From Chloroflexota bacterium (GTDB lineage Bacteria > Chloroflexota > UBA11872 > VXOZ01), in the NCBI GenBank assembly GCA_965221905.1, contig OZ244922.1, forward strand, positions 3,168,001-3,232,000: a stretch of DNA of 64,000 nt, in the 5' to 3' direction. Below are positions 10,116 to 20,827 of the stretch, one piece after another. Numbering within the stretch: the stretch's first letter is position 1; the number at the start of each line of letters is the position of its first letter. The position numbers and the translations under genes were made by a program. A model generated the notes under the pieces. That model was not told where the DNA came from. It worked only from the letters and a program-made list of their open reading frames with translations, and did no database searches.

Positions 10116-10286
10116 AATCCCCTTCCTTTCAATTCAGCAATACAGTAAGACTACAGTACGATTCAAAGCTGCAATACTCTCTCGTTGTAGTGTTGGTGCT
10201 CCTCATGCGGAGCGGTTCAGCCCTGCTACTTTCTCATCGAGGTCCACTTTTGCCTTATCGCATCGTCCTCAGACCGGAGTAAGTCC

Positions 10287-13200
10287 TTAGGCGCGCACCA
10301 CACCGAGGGTAACCGACAAGCCGTTGAGATCCACGACTTCCTGATGAGCCCCGTCGGGAGCAAAGGACGACTCCACACGTACGGATAGCGTTTCCTGAGC
10401 AACGGCCTCACTATGCGTGCGCAGCATCGCCGCGACGTTAGCGCGTCCTTCCGCGCCGTCGGCTACACCGATATAGGTCACGATGCGGTCGGAGAGGTTG
10501 AAGTCAGCCTCGCGCCGCAGATTCTGGACGTGATGAATGAGTTCACGTGCCATGCCTTCCCGCTCGAGGTCCGGCGAAATCTCCGTGTGGAGAGCGACGA
10601 GATACCCTTCTTCAGTTGCCACGCTATAGTCTGCGCGCTCCCGCGCCTGCACGTCCACTTCCTCGGGCCGCAGCTCGATAGGTTGTCCGTCCACTACAAC
10701 CGCGATCGGCTGACCTTCCGCTACCAGTCGCGCGCCGACCTGGGCGTCGCTCTGTCGGAGAGCCGCCGCGATTGCTTTCACCTGCCTCCCATACTTGGGG
10801 CCGAGCAAATTGAAGCGGGGCTTGAGTTCGTACGTTACAAGCTCCTCTTCCGGCCCGACGAAGCGGAGCGACTTCACGTTTAGTTCACTGAGGATGTGGT
10901 CTTGCAGGCGTCCTAGCCCCTCCAGCTCGTCGGCGGTCTTTGCGTGGACCAGCATCTCCGGCAGGGGTTGGCGCACTTTGATCTTGCTGGTGCTGCGCGC
11001 GGCGCGACCCAGGCCTACGATGCGTTGCGCGAGCTCCATGTGGACAAGCAGGTCTTCGTCAATGAGCGATGCGTTGTAGCGCGGCCACTCCGTATGGTGA
11101 ATGCTCTCCGGCGCGGCGCTATCCACCGAGCGCACGAGATTCTGGTAAACCTCTTCACTGAGGAACGGCATGATGGGCGCTATTGTGCGCGTCAGCGTGG
11201 TGAGCACCTCATAGAGTGTGACATATGCCGACATGGTGTCCCGGTCCTGCCCGGACTTCCAATACCGTCGGCGACCTCGCCGCACGTACCACGTGGATAA
11301 CTGCTCGATGAAACTGTTGACCCGCCGTGCAACGCTGTAGGCATCGAACTGCTCCAGGTCGTTGGTTACGTCCCGCACGAGTTTGTGGAGCAGCGCAATA
11401 ATCCAGCGGTCCATCAGCGACCGCACTTCGAGCGGCACACTGACGTTGGTAGGGTCAAAGTCCTCCAAGCGGGCATACGTCACGAAGAAATTATAAATAT
11501 TCCAGAAGAGCAGCAGCCGCCGCTTAACGTCTTGGGCCACCGCGTAGCCAAAATTCAGGTTCTGCTGGGTATTGCTCTCGCAGTACAGCCAGCGCATCAC
11601 GTCCGCGCCCATCTTCTCCACGGCTTCATCGAACCAGATGGCATTGCCGTGGCTCTTGTGCATCGGTTTGCCATGCTCATCATTGACTTTTTCGTAGATG
11701 AGCACGTTGCGGTAAGCACGAACGTCTTCCAAGGTAACGCTCATGAAGGCGAGGGCGTAGAACCAAAGGCGAATCTGCTCGCGCATCTCGCTGATGAAGT
11801 CAGCAGGGAACCAGTTGCCCCACTCGCTGCTGCCCTCCAGGTAGCCGTTCGTGGAAAAGGGCACGATTCCGGCATCCAGCCAGCAGTCGCCGACTTCCGG
11901 GATACGCGCGGTCTCGCCGTTGCACTGCTCGCAGTGGACTTTGATTTCATCGATCCACGGGCGATGGAGTTCCGGCAGCGCGCGCACCTTTGCGGCGTCA
12001 ACTGCCCGCTCTTCAAGCTCCTGCACAGTGCCGACGATTGTGACGTGGTCGCAGCTCTCGCAATGGTAGAATGGCAGCGGCAGGCCCCAGAAGCGCTTGC
12101 GCGAGATGCACCAGTCGCCCATGTTGTTTAGCCAGTCGTCCATGCGCTTCCCACCGTACTCAGGCACCCACTCCACGGTCTGGTTTTCCGCAAGCATACG
12201 CTCGCGGATCTCCTCAGCGGAAATAAACCACTCTTCTACCAGGCGAAAGGCGACTTCCGCCCCGCAGCGCCAGCACACCGGGTAGCGGTGGGTATAGTCC
12301 TCGATGCGGTAGACCAACTCGGCTTTGCCAAGCGCGTCGAAGATCATCTCATTCGTATCGGTTATGCTTCGGCCTGTGAGTGGGCCGAACCCATCGACGT
12401 AGTTGCCGTCGCCGTCAATCGGCACGATGACGTGGAGCCCATATTCCTGCGAAAGCTCGTAGTCTTCCGCGCCGCACCCCGGCGCGATGTGGACGATGCC
12501 GGTGCCCTCTTCCTCGCCCACGTTCTCCCACGCGACCACCTTGGTGAGGAAGTCTTGCTGTACCGGTAAATCGTGCCAGGGCCCTGTGTACTCAAGACCA
12601 ACCAGTTCGGCGCCTTTGAGTTCGCGGACAGCGGTGAGCTTGCCGCGCCCAACGCTCTCTAGCGTGCCTTTCGAGAGGTAGTACGTGTTGCCATCGGCTT
12701 CGGCAGCCACATAGGTCAAGTCGGGATGCACGGCCAGCGCGGTGTTTGCAGCGAGCGTCCACGGCGTAGTCGTCCAGACGAGAATGTACTCGTTCGCGCG
12801 GCCCTTAATCGGAAGCCGCAGCGTGATGCCCGGGTGGGTGACTTCGCGGTAGGTGTCGGTACCAACCAACTCATGCTGCGAGAGGCTGGTGCCGCAGCGG
12901 ATGCACCAGGGCATCGAGCGCCAGCCCTTGTAAAGCCAGCCCTTCTCGTGGCAGCGCTTGAGGAAATACCAAATATGCTCGATATTGGTATCGTCCATGG
13001 TGTAGTACGAGTTGTCCCAGTCCATCCACTGGCCGAGCCGGATGGACTGGTTCGTCTGCACGCTGGAGAAATGCTCCACCCGTTTGCGACACTCGCGGGA
13101 GAAGTTATCGAGGCCGAATTCCTCAATTTCATGCTTAGAATCGAAACCGAGGTCGCGTTCGACCTCGACTTCCAGCCAAAGTCCCTGGCAATCGAAACCG

Positions 13201-13454
13201 TTTTGGTAGCGCTGCACGTAGCCTTGCATGGCTTTAAAGCGCTGGTAGACATCTTTGTAGGTGCGTCCCCACGCGTGGTGAACGCCCATGGGGTTATTGG
13301 CGGTAATGGGGCCGTCAATGAAAGACCAGCGAGGGTTGCCGCTATTCTTCGCGACAAGCTTCTCAAAGGCATCGGTATCCTGCCAGAACTTCAGAATCCG
13401 ATGCTCCATACTGGGAAAGTCGAGGTCTCTACTGACTTCCTTGAACCCGGCCAA
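10287..13454 (-). CDS. ileS: Isoleucine-tRNA ligase, type 2
   Basis: DGPITAN, WTTTPWTL, GTGIVHIAPG, DWCISRKRFWG; long type-2 C-terminus without zinc finger; signatures GVHH and PMHKS. Confidence 0.96.
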   Translation of the reverse strand: MAGFKEVSRDLDFPSMEHRILKFWQDTDAFEKLVAKNSGNPRWSFIDGPITANNPMGVHHAWGRTYKDVYQRFKAMQGYVQRYQNGFDCQGLWLEVEVERDLGFDSKHEIEEFGLDNFSRECRKRVEHFSSVQTNQSIRLGQWMDWDNSYYTMDDTNIEHIWYFLKRCHEKGWLYKGWRSMPWCIRCGTSLSQHELVGTDTYREVTHPGITLRLPIKGRANEYILVWTTTPWTLAANTALAVHPDLTYVAAEADGNTYYLSKGTLESVGRGKLTAVRELKGAELVGLEYTGPWHDLPVQQDFLTKVVAWENVGEEEGTGIVHIAPGCGAEDYELSQEYGLHVIVPIDGDGNYVDGFGPLTGRSITDTNEMIFDALGKAELVYRIEDYTHRYPVCWRCGAEVAFRLVEEWFISAEEIRERMLAENQTVEWVPEYGGKRMDDWLNNMGDWCISRKRFWGLPLPFYHCESCDHVTIVGTVQELEERAVDAAKVRALPELHRPWIDEIKVHCEQCNGETARIPEVGDCWLDAGIVPFSTNGYLEGSSEWGNWFPADFISEMREQIRLWFYALAFMSVTLEDVRAYRNVLIYEKVNDEHGKPMHKSHGNAIWFDEAVEKMGADVMRWLYCESNTQQNLNFGYAVAQDVKRRLLLFWNIYNFFVTYARLEDFDPTNVSVPLEVRSLMDRWIIALLHKLVRDVTNDLEQFDAYSVARRVNSFIEQLSTWYVRRGRRRYWKSGQDRDTMSAYVTLYEVLTTLTRTIAPIMPFLSEEVYQNLVRSVDSAAPESIHHTEWPRYNASLIDEDLLVHMELAQRIVGLGRAARSTSKIKVRQPLPEMLVHAKTADELEGLGRLQDHILSELNVKSLRFVGPEEELVTYELKPRFNLLGPKYGRQVKAIAAALRQSDAQVGARLVAEGQPIAVVVDGQPIELRPEEVDVQARERADYSVATEEGYLVALHTEISPDLEREGMARELIHHVQNLRREADFNLSDRIVTYIGVADGAEGRANVAAMLRTHSEAVAQETLSVRVESSFAPDGAHQEVVDLNGLSVTLGVVRA

Positions 13455-13751
13455 TTCGTGCCTCCTCGATGCCGCAATTGTGCGGCTGGGAATCTATTAG
13501 AATGTTATGTTGCCTTCGGCACTTTGTGATTGAGAAGTTGTCTCTAGGTAATGCTGCTTTAGAAAAGACTGAGAGCGGGTGAAAGTGCAGCGCTGTTGCG
13601 AAGTGCTTCGAGCACGGCACAAAGCGCTGGCAAGCTGCTCCTACCCATGGAATTTTGTCACGGACGTATGCCGGGCGTCAAGCCTGAGCGAGCGTTGGTT
13701 CCTATACTCTCGGTCGGTATCCGATCCTTGCTCATTCAATTGCGCGAGGAT

Positions 13752-13777
13752 GTAGGGGCACGACATGTCGTGCCCCT
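13752..13777. repeat. GTAG-type REP palindrome
   Basis: gtaggggcacgacatgtcgtgcccct. Confidence 0.8.
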
Positions 13778-14179
13778 CCGTGTCAATTTACTCTCGAGGC
13801 GGACAAGTTCAGGGTGGCACGAACCCAAAGCAAAGTGCCTGACAAAATGGACGTGGCAGATTTCGTACAGAGATTTCCTCAAAAGAGAGGAGGAAACCAA
13901 GCCTACTCGTATGCTTTAGAGAGATAGCGGCACAAGGAGTCCCTTTCGCAGAGGGGACGCAGGTTGCAAACCTGCGCTACCGGAGTTGACGGCTATCGCG
14001 GCCTGGGTTGTTCCTACGCAGCGTATATGACAGCATTGGTTCTGTATCCACCTCTCAGCATGCATCGAGGTCCGCGAACCGGAAGTGGCGGACTGCCTAG
14101 GTCGTCCACCACTCCCGCAATCACGTGAGATATGCATCTAAAATTTGAGGAAACTAGACCATTACGCTAATCAGGAGGG

Positions 14180-14950
14180 TTGCTCGTGAGCGAGATTGGG
14201 TTTTCACTGACCGACAAGGTTGCCTTGGTCACCGGCGCCAGCCGCGGCATCGGGCGGGGCATTGCCCGGGCGCTCGCCGAAGCCGGTGCGGACGTGGCGG
14301 GCGTGTCGCGGTCCGCTTCCACCGAGACGCAAGCCCAGGTCGAGGCTGCGGGGCGGCGTTACCTGTCGTTGCAAGCCGATTTGGCGACGGCTTCGGTTGC
14401 CGATCTCAGAGGGCTCGTTGACCAAACGGCGGCGCACTTTGGCCGAATCGACATCTTGGTGAACAATGCCGGTATCACCTGTCGCAAGCCCGCGCTTGAG
14501 CTTACGGAAGAGGATTGGAACACCGTGCTACAGGTGAACCTCCATGCGGTATTCTTCCTCTGCCAGGCCGCGGGACGCTACTTCGTGCCTCAGGGCCGAG
14601 GCAAGATCGTCAACATCGCTTCGCTCATGTCGTTTCAGGGCGGCGTGCACATTGCGCCGTACGTCACGAGCAAGCACGGCGTGGCCGGCATCACCCGCGC
14701 CTTGGCCACGGACTGGGCGCCGCACGGGGTCAACGTCAACGCGATCGCGCCGGGCTACATCGATACCGACATGACAGAAGCTTTGCAGCAGAATCCCGTC
14801 CGTGCTCCCGAAATCAGGAGCCGCATTCCCGCCGGCCGCTGGGGCACAGCAGAGGACATCGGCAAGCTGGCAGTGTATCTCGCCTCAGACGAGTCCGATT
14901 TCATGCACGGCTCGATCGTGCCCATAGACGGCGGCTGGCTGGCGCGGTAG
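14180..14950 (+). CDS. kduD: SDR oxidoreductase, 2-dehydro-3-deoxy-D-gluconate 5-dehydrogenase-like
   Basis: TGASRGIG, NNAG, IASLMSFQGG..YVTSKHG, VDGGWLAR-type end. Confidence 0.8.
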   Translation: MLVSEIGFSLTDKVALVTGASRGIGRGIARALAEAGADVAGVSRSASTETQAQVEAAGRRYLSLQADLATASVADLRGLVDQTAAHFGRIDILVNNAGITCRKPALELTEEDWNTVLQVNLHAVFFLCQAAGRYFVPQGRGKIVNIASLMSFQGGVHIAPYVTSKHGVAGITRALATDWAPHGVNVNAIAPGYIDTDMTEALQQNPVRAPEIRSRIPAGRWGTAEDIGKLAVYLASDESDFMHGSIVPIDGGWLAR

Positions 14951-15081
14951 GTTTCGCTGGCTTGTGTTGGTTATCCGTCACGATGGTGTTGACATTTAGA
15001 CGTCATTCCTGTAAGTGTTGACTAATTCGTTGACAGATTCGTCAATCCAGTTAATGCCCTGGAAAGTTGAGGACGGTCAGC

Positions 15082-15178
15082 TCCGTCATTCCGGCGAAAG
15101 CCGGAATCCATCTTCACTGCACCCCCTAGACCCCGGCCCCGAATCAACCAGAGGGCAGGCTTTGCGCCGGAGTGACGG
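15082..15178. repeat. REP-like inverted-repeat element (GTCATTCC family)
   Basis: ccgtcattccggcgaaagccggaatcca ... gcgccggagtgacgg. Confidence 0.8.
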
Positions 15179-15470
15179 TTTTCGTGCCGCCTACCATGTT
15201 CATCTTTCATGCACGAGCTGTCTCTGCTCGTGACAGAATTACCCATTGGGTAAGGCAGCCGATTGGTAGCCATTTCTTCCTGCCGTTTCATGCTCCCAAT
15301 CTGTCAACGAATTACCTGACGCTTACAATTCCCGCGAGTAGTTGTCTAATAGTCGACTTTCCCGCTTCCGCGGGAACCCATCTTTGCTCGACGCCAGGGC
15401 AAAGGGTGGGGCACTTCCCGATAATCGCGGCTACCGGTGGCTGCGCCGATAGAGATCGCTTCACTGGGAC

Positions 15471-15515
15471 TCTAGATTCCTCGAACTCTGGTTCGCCGCT
15501 GCGCTCAGAATGACA
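15471..15515. repeat. REP-like half element (GTCATT family)
   Basis: tctagattcctcgaactctggttcgccgctgcgctcagaatgaca, near reverse complement of the left arm at 29881. Confidence 0.75.
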
Positions 15516-15556
15516 CGCCAAAGCAACGAACAAAATAAACGAAGTCTCAACAGAAC

Positions 15557-16783
15557 CTAGTCTGTCCATACAACTCCCGCAACGGATACTACGGATCCCG
15601 CCATACCATCGGCGGGACACTGGGCGTAGTCCAGGACGCGGCCGGAAGTAGGGCCAAGCAACTGCAAGGCGGCGTATATGGGCGGGAGGCCGCACACCTT
15701 CTGTTTGTCTTTGCTCTGACGCAGAAGCCCAAGGAATGACTCCGCATCGCCGTGGCACATGGCATCCAGCATCTCACGGTCAAAGCCCTTAAGAACCTCT
15801 TTCTCTTGACGATCCAGAGGCTGCGGGTCGCCAAAGGCCGGACCCATGTGCGCCAGGTCGGCTGCGGCAACGACGAGCACGCGTTTGCCCCCAAGGCCAT
15901 CACTAAGTGCGGCGATACTCTCTGAGAGTTGAGGGCGATCCTGGGGGTGCGCGTCACCTGCCGTGAATGGCAAAAAAGAGCCGCAGAGAATCGGCACTAG
16001 CGCCACGGGATCGCCTTGACGTATGTAGTGCAGCCAAACGGCGGCAAGCTCGATAGAGTGTTCTCGGCGATGGTGGAGCTCCTCGTCGTACAAGGATTTG
16101 TCGCCCCAGGCTGCTTCTAGCCGGTCAACAGCCCCCTGATCCGTCGGTAACGTGCCCCACGGCGTGGCGTAGTCCTGGCGCGTGGGTGTCAGCGTGCCCG
16201 GACTGCCCGCATGATCGGTGCCGAATATAACGACAACGTCTGCTTCCCACACGGCTTGTTGAGCGTGCTGCCAGGTGTGCGCGTAGACAGGCCCGCCGCG
16301 CTCGTAGTCGATGTGCGGGCTCAAGATTCCCCGTATGGCCGACTGATCATACTGAGGATCGGGTGCTACCGCAGCAACGAATCCATCGAGCATAGACGTA
16401 AGTGCGTCAGGATCGGCAGGATACGAGGTCCCGGCGAGTGCAGGCGGGCGAAACGGCGCGTTCCGGTACGCTTCACGGGCATCGTGCCGCGCCGCCTGCA
16501 CACGTTCGCTTTCCAGAATCAGCGCCTCATCAAGTTGCGATATGAGGGATTCGAGCGTCGCGGTCGGCAGCGACATGCCATACCGCACGGAAAGCGCCGC
16601 TTGCATCGCGGCAAGGGTGTGTTCGCCATCACAGAGTTCGAGCACGGGCGCGAGGCCGGCGGGGATAAGGGCAGTGCCCGCGAGCAGTTCATCAGGATCG
16701 CGCAGCGCAAGGCACATATCGCCATTGGCCGTTACCCACTCTGATATGAGCGGTCGTACTTTGGGCTGTGCTAGCGTGGACAT
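15557..16783 (-). CDS. amrB: MEMO1/AmmeMemoRadiSam protein B family with N-terminal extension
   Basis: AGTSYP, SPHIDY, GTDH, HRREHSIE, DLAHMG, VCGLPP; start at MSTLAQ inferred. Confidence 0.88.
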   Translation of the reverse strand: MSTLAQPKVRPLISEWVTANGDMCLALRDPDELLAGTALIPAGLAPVLELCDGEHTLAAMQAALSVRYGMSLPTATLESLISQLDEALILESERVQAARHDAREAYRNAPFRPPALAGTSYPADPDALTSMLDGFVAAVAPDPQYDQSAIRGILSPHIDYERGGPVYAHTWQHAQQAVWEADVVVIFGTDHAGSPGTLTPTRQDYATPWGTLPTDQGAVDRLEAAWGDKSLYDEELHHRREHSIELAAVWLHYIRQGDPVALVPILCGSFLPFTAGDAHPQDRPQLSESIAALSDGLGGKRVLVVAAADLAHMGPAFGDPQPLDRQEKEVLKGFDREMLDAMCHGDAESFLGLLRQSKDKQKVCGLPPIYAALQLLGPTSGRVLDYAQCPADGMAGSVVSVAGVVWTD

Positions 16784-17051
16784 GCACGACACCAGGGCTA
16801 CACGCGATGAATATTGCCAGTGCCCTAGTATAGGGAAGTACAAGCAGGCTGGGCAACCGCTCTGAGCACGCTCAATTCTTCACGCCTCAGCCAGGGCTTG
16901 CTACAATGGGAAGACGCGAACGATCTCGCGGGCTTGGCACGGTGCCACTTGATTGTAAACACTACCAGCTAGGCTTAAATGGGCGATGCTCATCGGATTG
17001 CAGAGCAGATGGCCGTAAGCCGCGAAGAGACGGAATAAGGTACTTGAACTC

Positions 17052-18347
17052 ATGGACCTGCGCTATCACCTAATCACCTACGGGTGCCAGATGAACAAAG
17101 CCGATTCCGAGCGGCTGGGCGGCTCATTGGAGGCGCTGGGGTACACATGGGCGGACGAGCCGGCGCAGGCAGACCTAGTCGTCGTGAATACGTGCGCCGT
17201 ACGCCAGAGCGCAGAAAACCGCGCCCTGGGGCAGCTTGGCTGGCTCACCGGCATGAAGAAGAAAAACCCCCAGCTCTCAATTGCGATGATGGGTTGCATG
17301 GTGGGTGAGGACAGCCTGGAGCGCTTGCAGGCGCGCCTGCCGCAGGTTGACGTCTTCACCAAGCCGGTGGAGTATGAGCCGATCCTGGAATTCGCGCAGC
17401 AGAAGGCCGGCAACCGGGGCATGCTGGACGAGGGCTGCTTAGAGGGATCGCCTCTTGCGATTGGTGGGCCGTGCCGCTGGGTGCCGGTGATTTACGGCTG
17501 CAACATGCGCTGCGCCTTTTGCATCGTGCCGATTCGGCGGGGTGCTGAGCGCAGCCGTCCGATACCGGAGGTCGTGCGCGAGTTGCGTTGGATGGTACGG
17601 CACGGCACGCGGGAAGTCACGCTCTTGGGGCAGACGGTCGACGACTACGGCCGTGACCTGGAAGGACGCCCGGATCTGGCGGACTTGCTCACAGCGTGCA
17701 GCGAAGTACCGGGCTTGGAGCGTATTCGCTTCCTCACCTCGCACCCGCTCTTCATGTCCGACCGCATCATCGAGGCGGTGGGCAGCCTGCCTAACGTCTG
17801 CGAGCACTTCAATATTGCCGTGCAGAGCGGTGATGACATCGTGCTGCGGCGCATGAAACGCGGCTATCCCGCCCGCAGATACGTGGACTTGGTAGCGCGC
17901 ATTCGCGACATCATCCCCCACGCATCCATTGCCACGGATATCATCGTCGGATTCCCCGGTGAATCGGAGCAACAATTCCAGAATTCGCTCGCAATGCTGG
18001 AGCAGCTTGAGCTCGACGTAGTGCACGTAGCCATGTACTCGCCGCGGCCGGGCACTAAAGCCGGCGAGGAGATGGCGGACGACGTGCCGCGCGAGATGAA
18101 ACATCAACGGTTGCTGGCAGTGGAAGCACTGCAGGAACGGATCGTCTCAGCAAAGAATATGCGGCTGCGCGGCCGGACGCTGGACGTGCTGGTGGAGGGT
18201 CAGAAAAACGGCAAGTGGTGGGGCCGCATTCGCACCGACCGCGTGACGTTCTTCACCGATCCCCGCGAGAACCTGGTGGGCCAAATCCTGCCCGTGCGCA
18301 TCGACGACACGACGGCGTACTCGCTGCGCGGCACGGCGGTCGCTTGA
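17052..18347 (+). CDS. miaB: tRNA-i6A37 methylthiotransferase MiaB
   Basis: TYGCQMN, NTCAVR, GCNMRCAFC radical SAM motif, RFLTSHP, TRAM domain. Confidence 0.96.
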   Translation: MDLRYHLITYGCQMNKADSERLGGSLEALGYTWADEPAQADLVVVNTCAVRQSAENRALGQLGWLTGMKKKNPQLSIAMMGCMVGEDSLERLQARLPQVDVFTKPVEYEPILEFAQQKAGNRGMLDEGCLEGSPLAIGGPCRWVPVIYGCNMRCAFCIVPIRRGAERSRPIPEVVRELRWMVRHGTREVTLLGQTVDDYGRDLEGRPDLADLLTACSEVPGLERIRFLTSHPLFMSDRIIEAVGSLPNVCEHFNIAVQSGDDIVLRRMKRGYPARRYVDLVARIRDIIPHASIATDIIVGFPGESEQQFQNSLAMLEQLELDVVHVAMYSPRPGTKAGEEMADDVPREMKHQRLLAVEALQERIVSAKNMRLRGRTLDVLVEGQKNGKWWGRIRTDRVTFFTDPRENLVGQILPVRIDDTTAYSLRGTAVA

Positions 18348-18420
18348 GGGCTTTCCCGGGCGGACAGCGTGCGCTTGATTCAGAGAAAAAGCGCAACCCG
18401 ATACCCATGAAGCAACGCAT

Positions 18421-18453
18421 CCGTTCATACTTCGACAAGCTCAGCACGAACGG
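18421..18453. repeat. REP-like element (CTTCGACAAGCTCAG family)
   Basis: ccgttcatacttcgacaagctcagcacgaacgg. Confidence 0.8.
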
Positions 18454-18565
18454 ACGCGGAATTCCACTAGTCCCGTTGTGAAGCGTAGTCTATCCGCTGG
18501 CAGTTTTGCAGCGGACCTATTGTCTAGGGTCTTCATTCGAACAACGACGAGATCAAGGTAACACA

Positions 18566-19564
18566 ATGAAATTACGGGTGGCGGGTATCGGTGCCGGACG
18601 CCGTGCGCAGGCGCACTATCGCGCGCTCCAGGAAGTCGAAAATGCTGAAGTGGTAGCAATTTGCGACCTGGACGAAGCGCGTGCCCGGGAGGCCGCCGCA
18701 CCCTTTGGCGCGGAGACCTACGCAGACTACCGCGACATGCTCGATACCGAGCAGCCCGACGCCGTCTACATCATCACACCGCCGAATCTGCATGCTGAAC
18801 AGGTGGAATATGCCGCCACGCAGAAGGCAGCGATCTTCGTGGAAAAGCCGGTAGCGCTTAGTGTACTGGACGCCCGCCGTATTCGCATGGCGGTCGAGCA
18901 GGGCGGCGTGCTCTGCTGCGTCGGCTACCAGCAACGTTACGGCAGTCTGGTAACCCGTGCCCGAGAACTCTTGGCAGGGCGCGACTTGGGCCTCGCTCGC
19001 ATTTGGTGGTATCAAGGCGTACCGAAAGTGCCTTGGAATCTTGATTCCGCCCAAGGCGGCGGCCAGATCGTGGAGCAAGCCACGCACCTGCTCGACCTGT
19101 GTCGACTCTTCGGCGGCGAGGTAGACGAGGTCTATGCACAGTTCGGCCGCAGCGCCTGGAAAGACGATGAATCTTTCCAGAATTGGGATGTCTATTCGGG
19201 TGTGTTTGCCTTCAAGACAGGCGCGGTCGGCAGCGTGGCTACCACGTATGCGCTTTTCTTCGGCCTGCCGCAGAGTTCAGGGCTCGATCTCGTTAGCGAG
19301 GAAATGCTGTTGCGCTTTGCGCAGGGAGAACTCCAGGAGATTAGGCCGAATGGGACCGAGGCGCATAAGGCCGAAAGTCCTTCCGCTGAAGTGCGGTTGG
19401 CACAGGCGTTCCTAGAGGCCGTTGAGGCGGACGATCCCTCATTGATCCAGTCGCCTCTCGATGAAGCCCTCAAGACTCTGGCGCTCACCTTCGCCTTCAA
19501 TCGCTCCGCAGCCGAGGGCCGCGCAGTTACCCCCGCCGAGATCGAAGCGGAAATCTTCGCGTAG
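18566..19564 (+). CDS. Gfo/Idh/MocA oxidoreductase
   Basis: GIGAG, EKP, GYQQRY, GGGQIVEQATH. Confidence 0.9.
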   Translation: MKLRVAGIGAGRRAQAHYRALQEVENAEVVAICDLDEARAREAAAPFGAETYADYRDMLDTEQPDAVYIITPPNLHAEQVEYAATQKAAIFVEKPVALSVLDARRIRMAVEQGGVLCCVGYQQRYGSLVTRARELLAGRDLGLARIWWYQGVPKVPWNLDSAQGGGQIVEQATHLLDLCRLFGGEVDEVYAQFGRSAWKDDESFQNWDVYSGVFAFKTGAVGSVATTYALFFGLPQSSGLDLVSEEMLLRFAQGELQEIRPNGTEAHKAESPSAEVRLAQAFLEAVEADDPSLIQSPLDEALKTLALTFAFNRSAAEGRAVTPAEIEAEIFA

Positions 19565-19669
19565 TAGGCATTGGTGGGTGATACGGGTAGGCGGAATTGC
19601 GTGGAATTGCTGAGCCTGCCGCTGTGCATTTCCTCCCGTCACTGAGAAACTTGAGGGGCAACAGACCCG

Positions 19670-20677
19670 ATGCGTGATGCGAAAACCTACCACTTTCCCG
19701 CTACGCTGTTCGATCCGGAGACTGCGCACGTTGTGCTGGAGCCGCTGGAGGCGGGGAACGGTCATTGGGTCGGCGCGCCTTGTGTAATCTACCTCCCTGA
19801 CGAAAAGGCGTTCTATCTCTACTACCGGCGGCGGCGTCCGCGCGGTCAGGAGCCTGATCGCGGCTTTGCGTGCTTCGTGACGCGCAGTGAGGATGGTAAG
19901 CACTTCGAGACTATCTGGTCGGCGTCCAAGCACGAGTTCGGTGACTCACCCTCCGTTGAGAAAAGCAGCTTGGTGAGGAATGCCGACGGGCGCTTTCTGC
20001 TCTTCGTCTCGTTCGTGGATAGTGCGGATCACCGCTGGCGCATCGACGTGCTGGAAGCCGATACACCGGCGCAGTTCGATCCGGCATCGCGCCGACCGGT
20101 GCTCACGGCGGCGGACATTCACGCTGAAGGTGTGAAAGACCCCTACGTCATCAACGTGGGCGGGCTATGGCACATGATTGCAAGCTATGCGCCCGCTCCC
20201 GTCTTGGTAGATGACCCGGCGCGTGAAGCGATGCATGCCACAGCCGACGTCTATAACACCGGCATTGCAAAGTCGAGCACGGGCCTGGCGGTGAGCGCCG
20301 ACGGCCGGAACTGGGAGTGGCAGGGCGACATCTTTGCACCCCGCGACCGGGGCTGGGATAGCTACTGCAGCCGCATCTCTTCCCTCGTGCGGGTGGGCCA
20401 GCAGTGGCTCGCGTTCTACGACGGTTCAGCCGATGTCTCGCAGAACTACGAGGAGCAAAGCGGCTTGGCGCTGTCCGCCGACGTTCGCAACTTTGTTCGT
20501 CTGAGCGTGAACGGGCCGGTGGTGCAATCGCGCGGCGGCTCACGTTCGGTGCGCTATGTAGACGTGGTGCCGGTGGGAGAAAAACTCTACTTCTATTACG
20601 AGTGCGCCCGCGCCGACGGTGCCCATGATCTTCGGCTGAGTATCCTGCCGCGCGATGTCTTCTGCCCCAAATGCTAG
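19670..20677 (+). CDS. Beta-propeller glycoside hydrolase-like protein (GH32/43/130 superfamily)
   Basis: Repeated SxDG blades, KDPYV, RYVD. Confidence 0.55.
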   Translation: MRDAKTYHFPATLFDPETAHVVLEPLEAGNGHWVGAPCVIYLPDEKAFYLYYRRRRPRGQEPDRGFACFVTRSEDGKHFETIWSASKHEFGDSPSVEKSSLVRNADGRFLLFVSFVDSADHRWRIDVLEADTPAQFDPASRRPVLTAADIHAEGVKDPYVINVGGLWHMIASYAPAPVLVDDPAREAMHATADVYNTGIAKSSTGLAVSADGRNWEWQGDIFAPRDRGWDSYCSRISSLVRVGQQWLAFYDGSADVSQNYEEQSGLALSADVRNFVRLSVNGPVVQSRGGSRSVRYVDVVPVGEKLYFYYECARADGAHDLRLSILPRDVFCPKC

Positions 20678-20722
20678 AAGGCCAGACGGACTCCGTCACA
20701 CCGGACTCGCTGCGACGACAGC

Positions 20723-20750
20723 GTAGGGGCACGACATGTCGTGCCCCTAC
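20723..20750. repeat. GTAG-type REP palindrome
   Basis: gtaggggcacgacatgtcgtgcccctac. Confidence 0.85.
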
Positions 20751-20827
20751 GCGCCATGCATGACTATGCAACCCGCATTCGTTCATCCGTTGTGGGGCGG
20801 AACTAACCGTGCTACTATTTTGAAGCC

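Noticed and set aside
9543-10148. 201-aa plus-strand ORF
   Set aside because: Antisense shadow of the phosphatase-fold gene and runs through a terminator
13455-14179. T-box leader for ileS or a hidden gene in the long intergenic region
   Set aside because: No UGGNACC antiterminator or credible ORF found; contains REP copies
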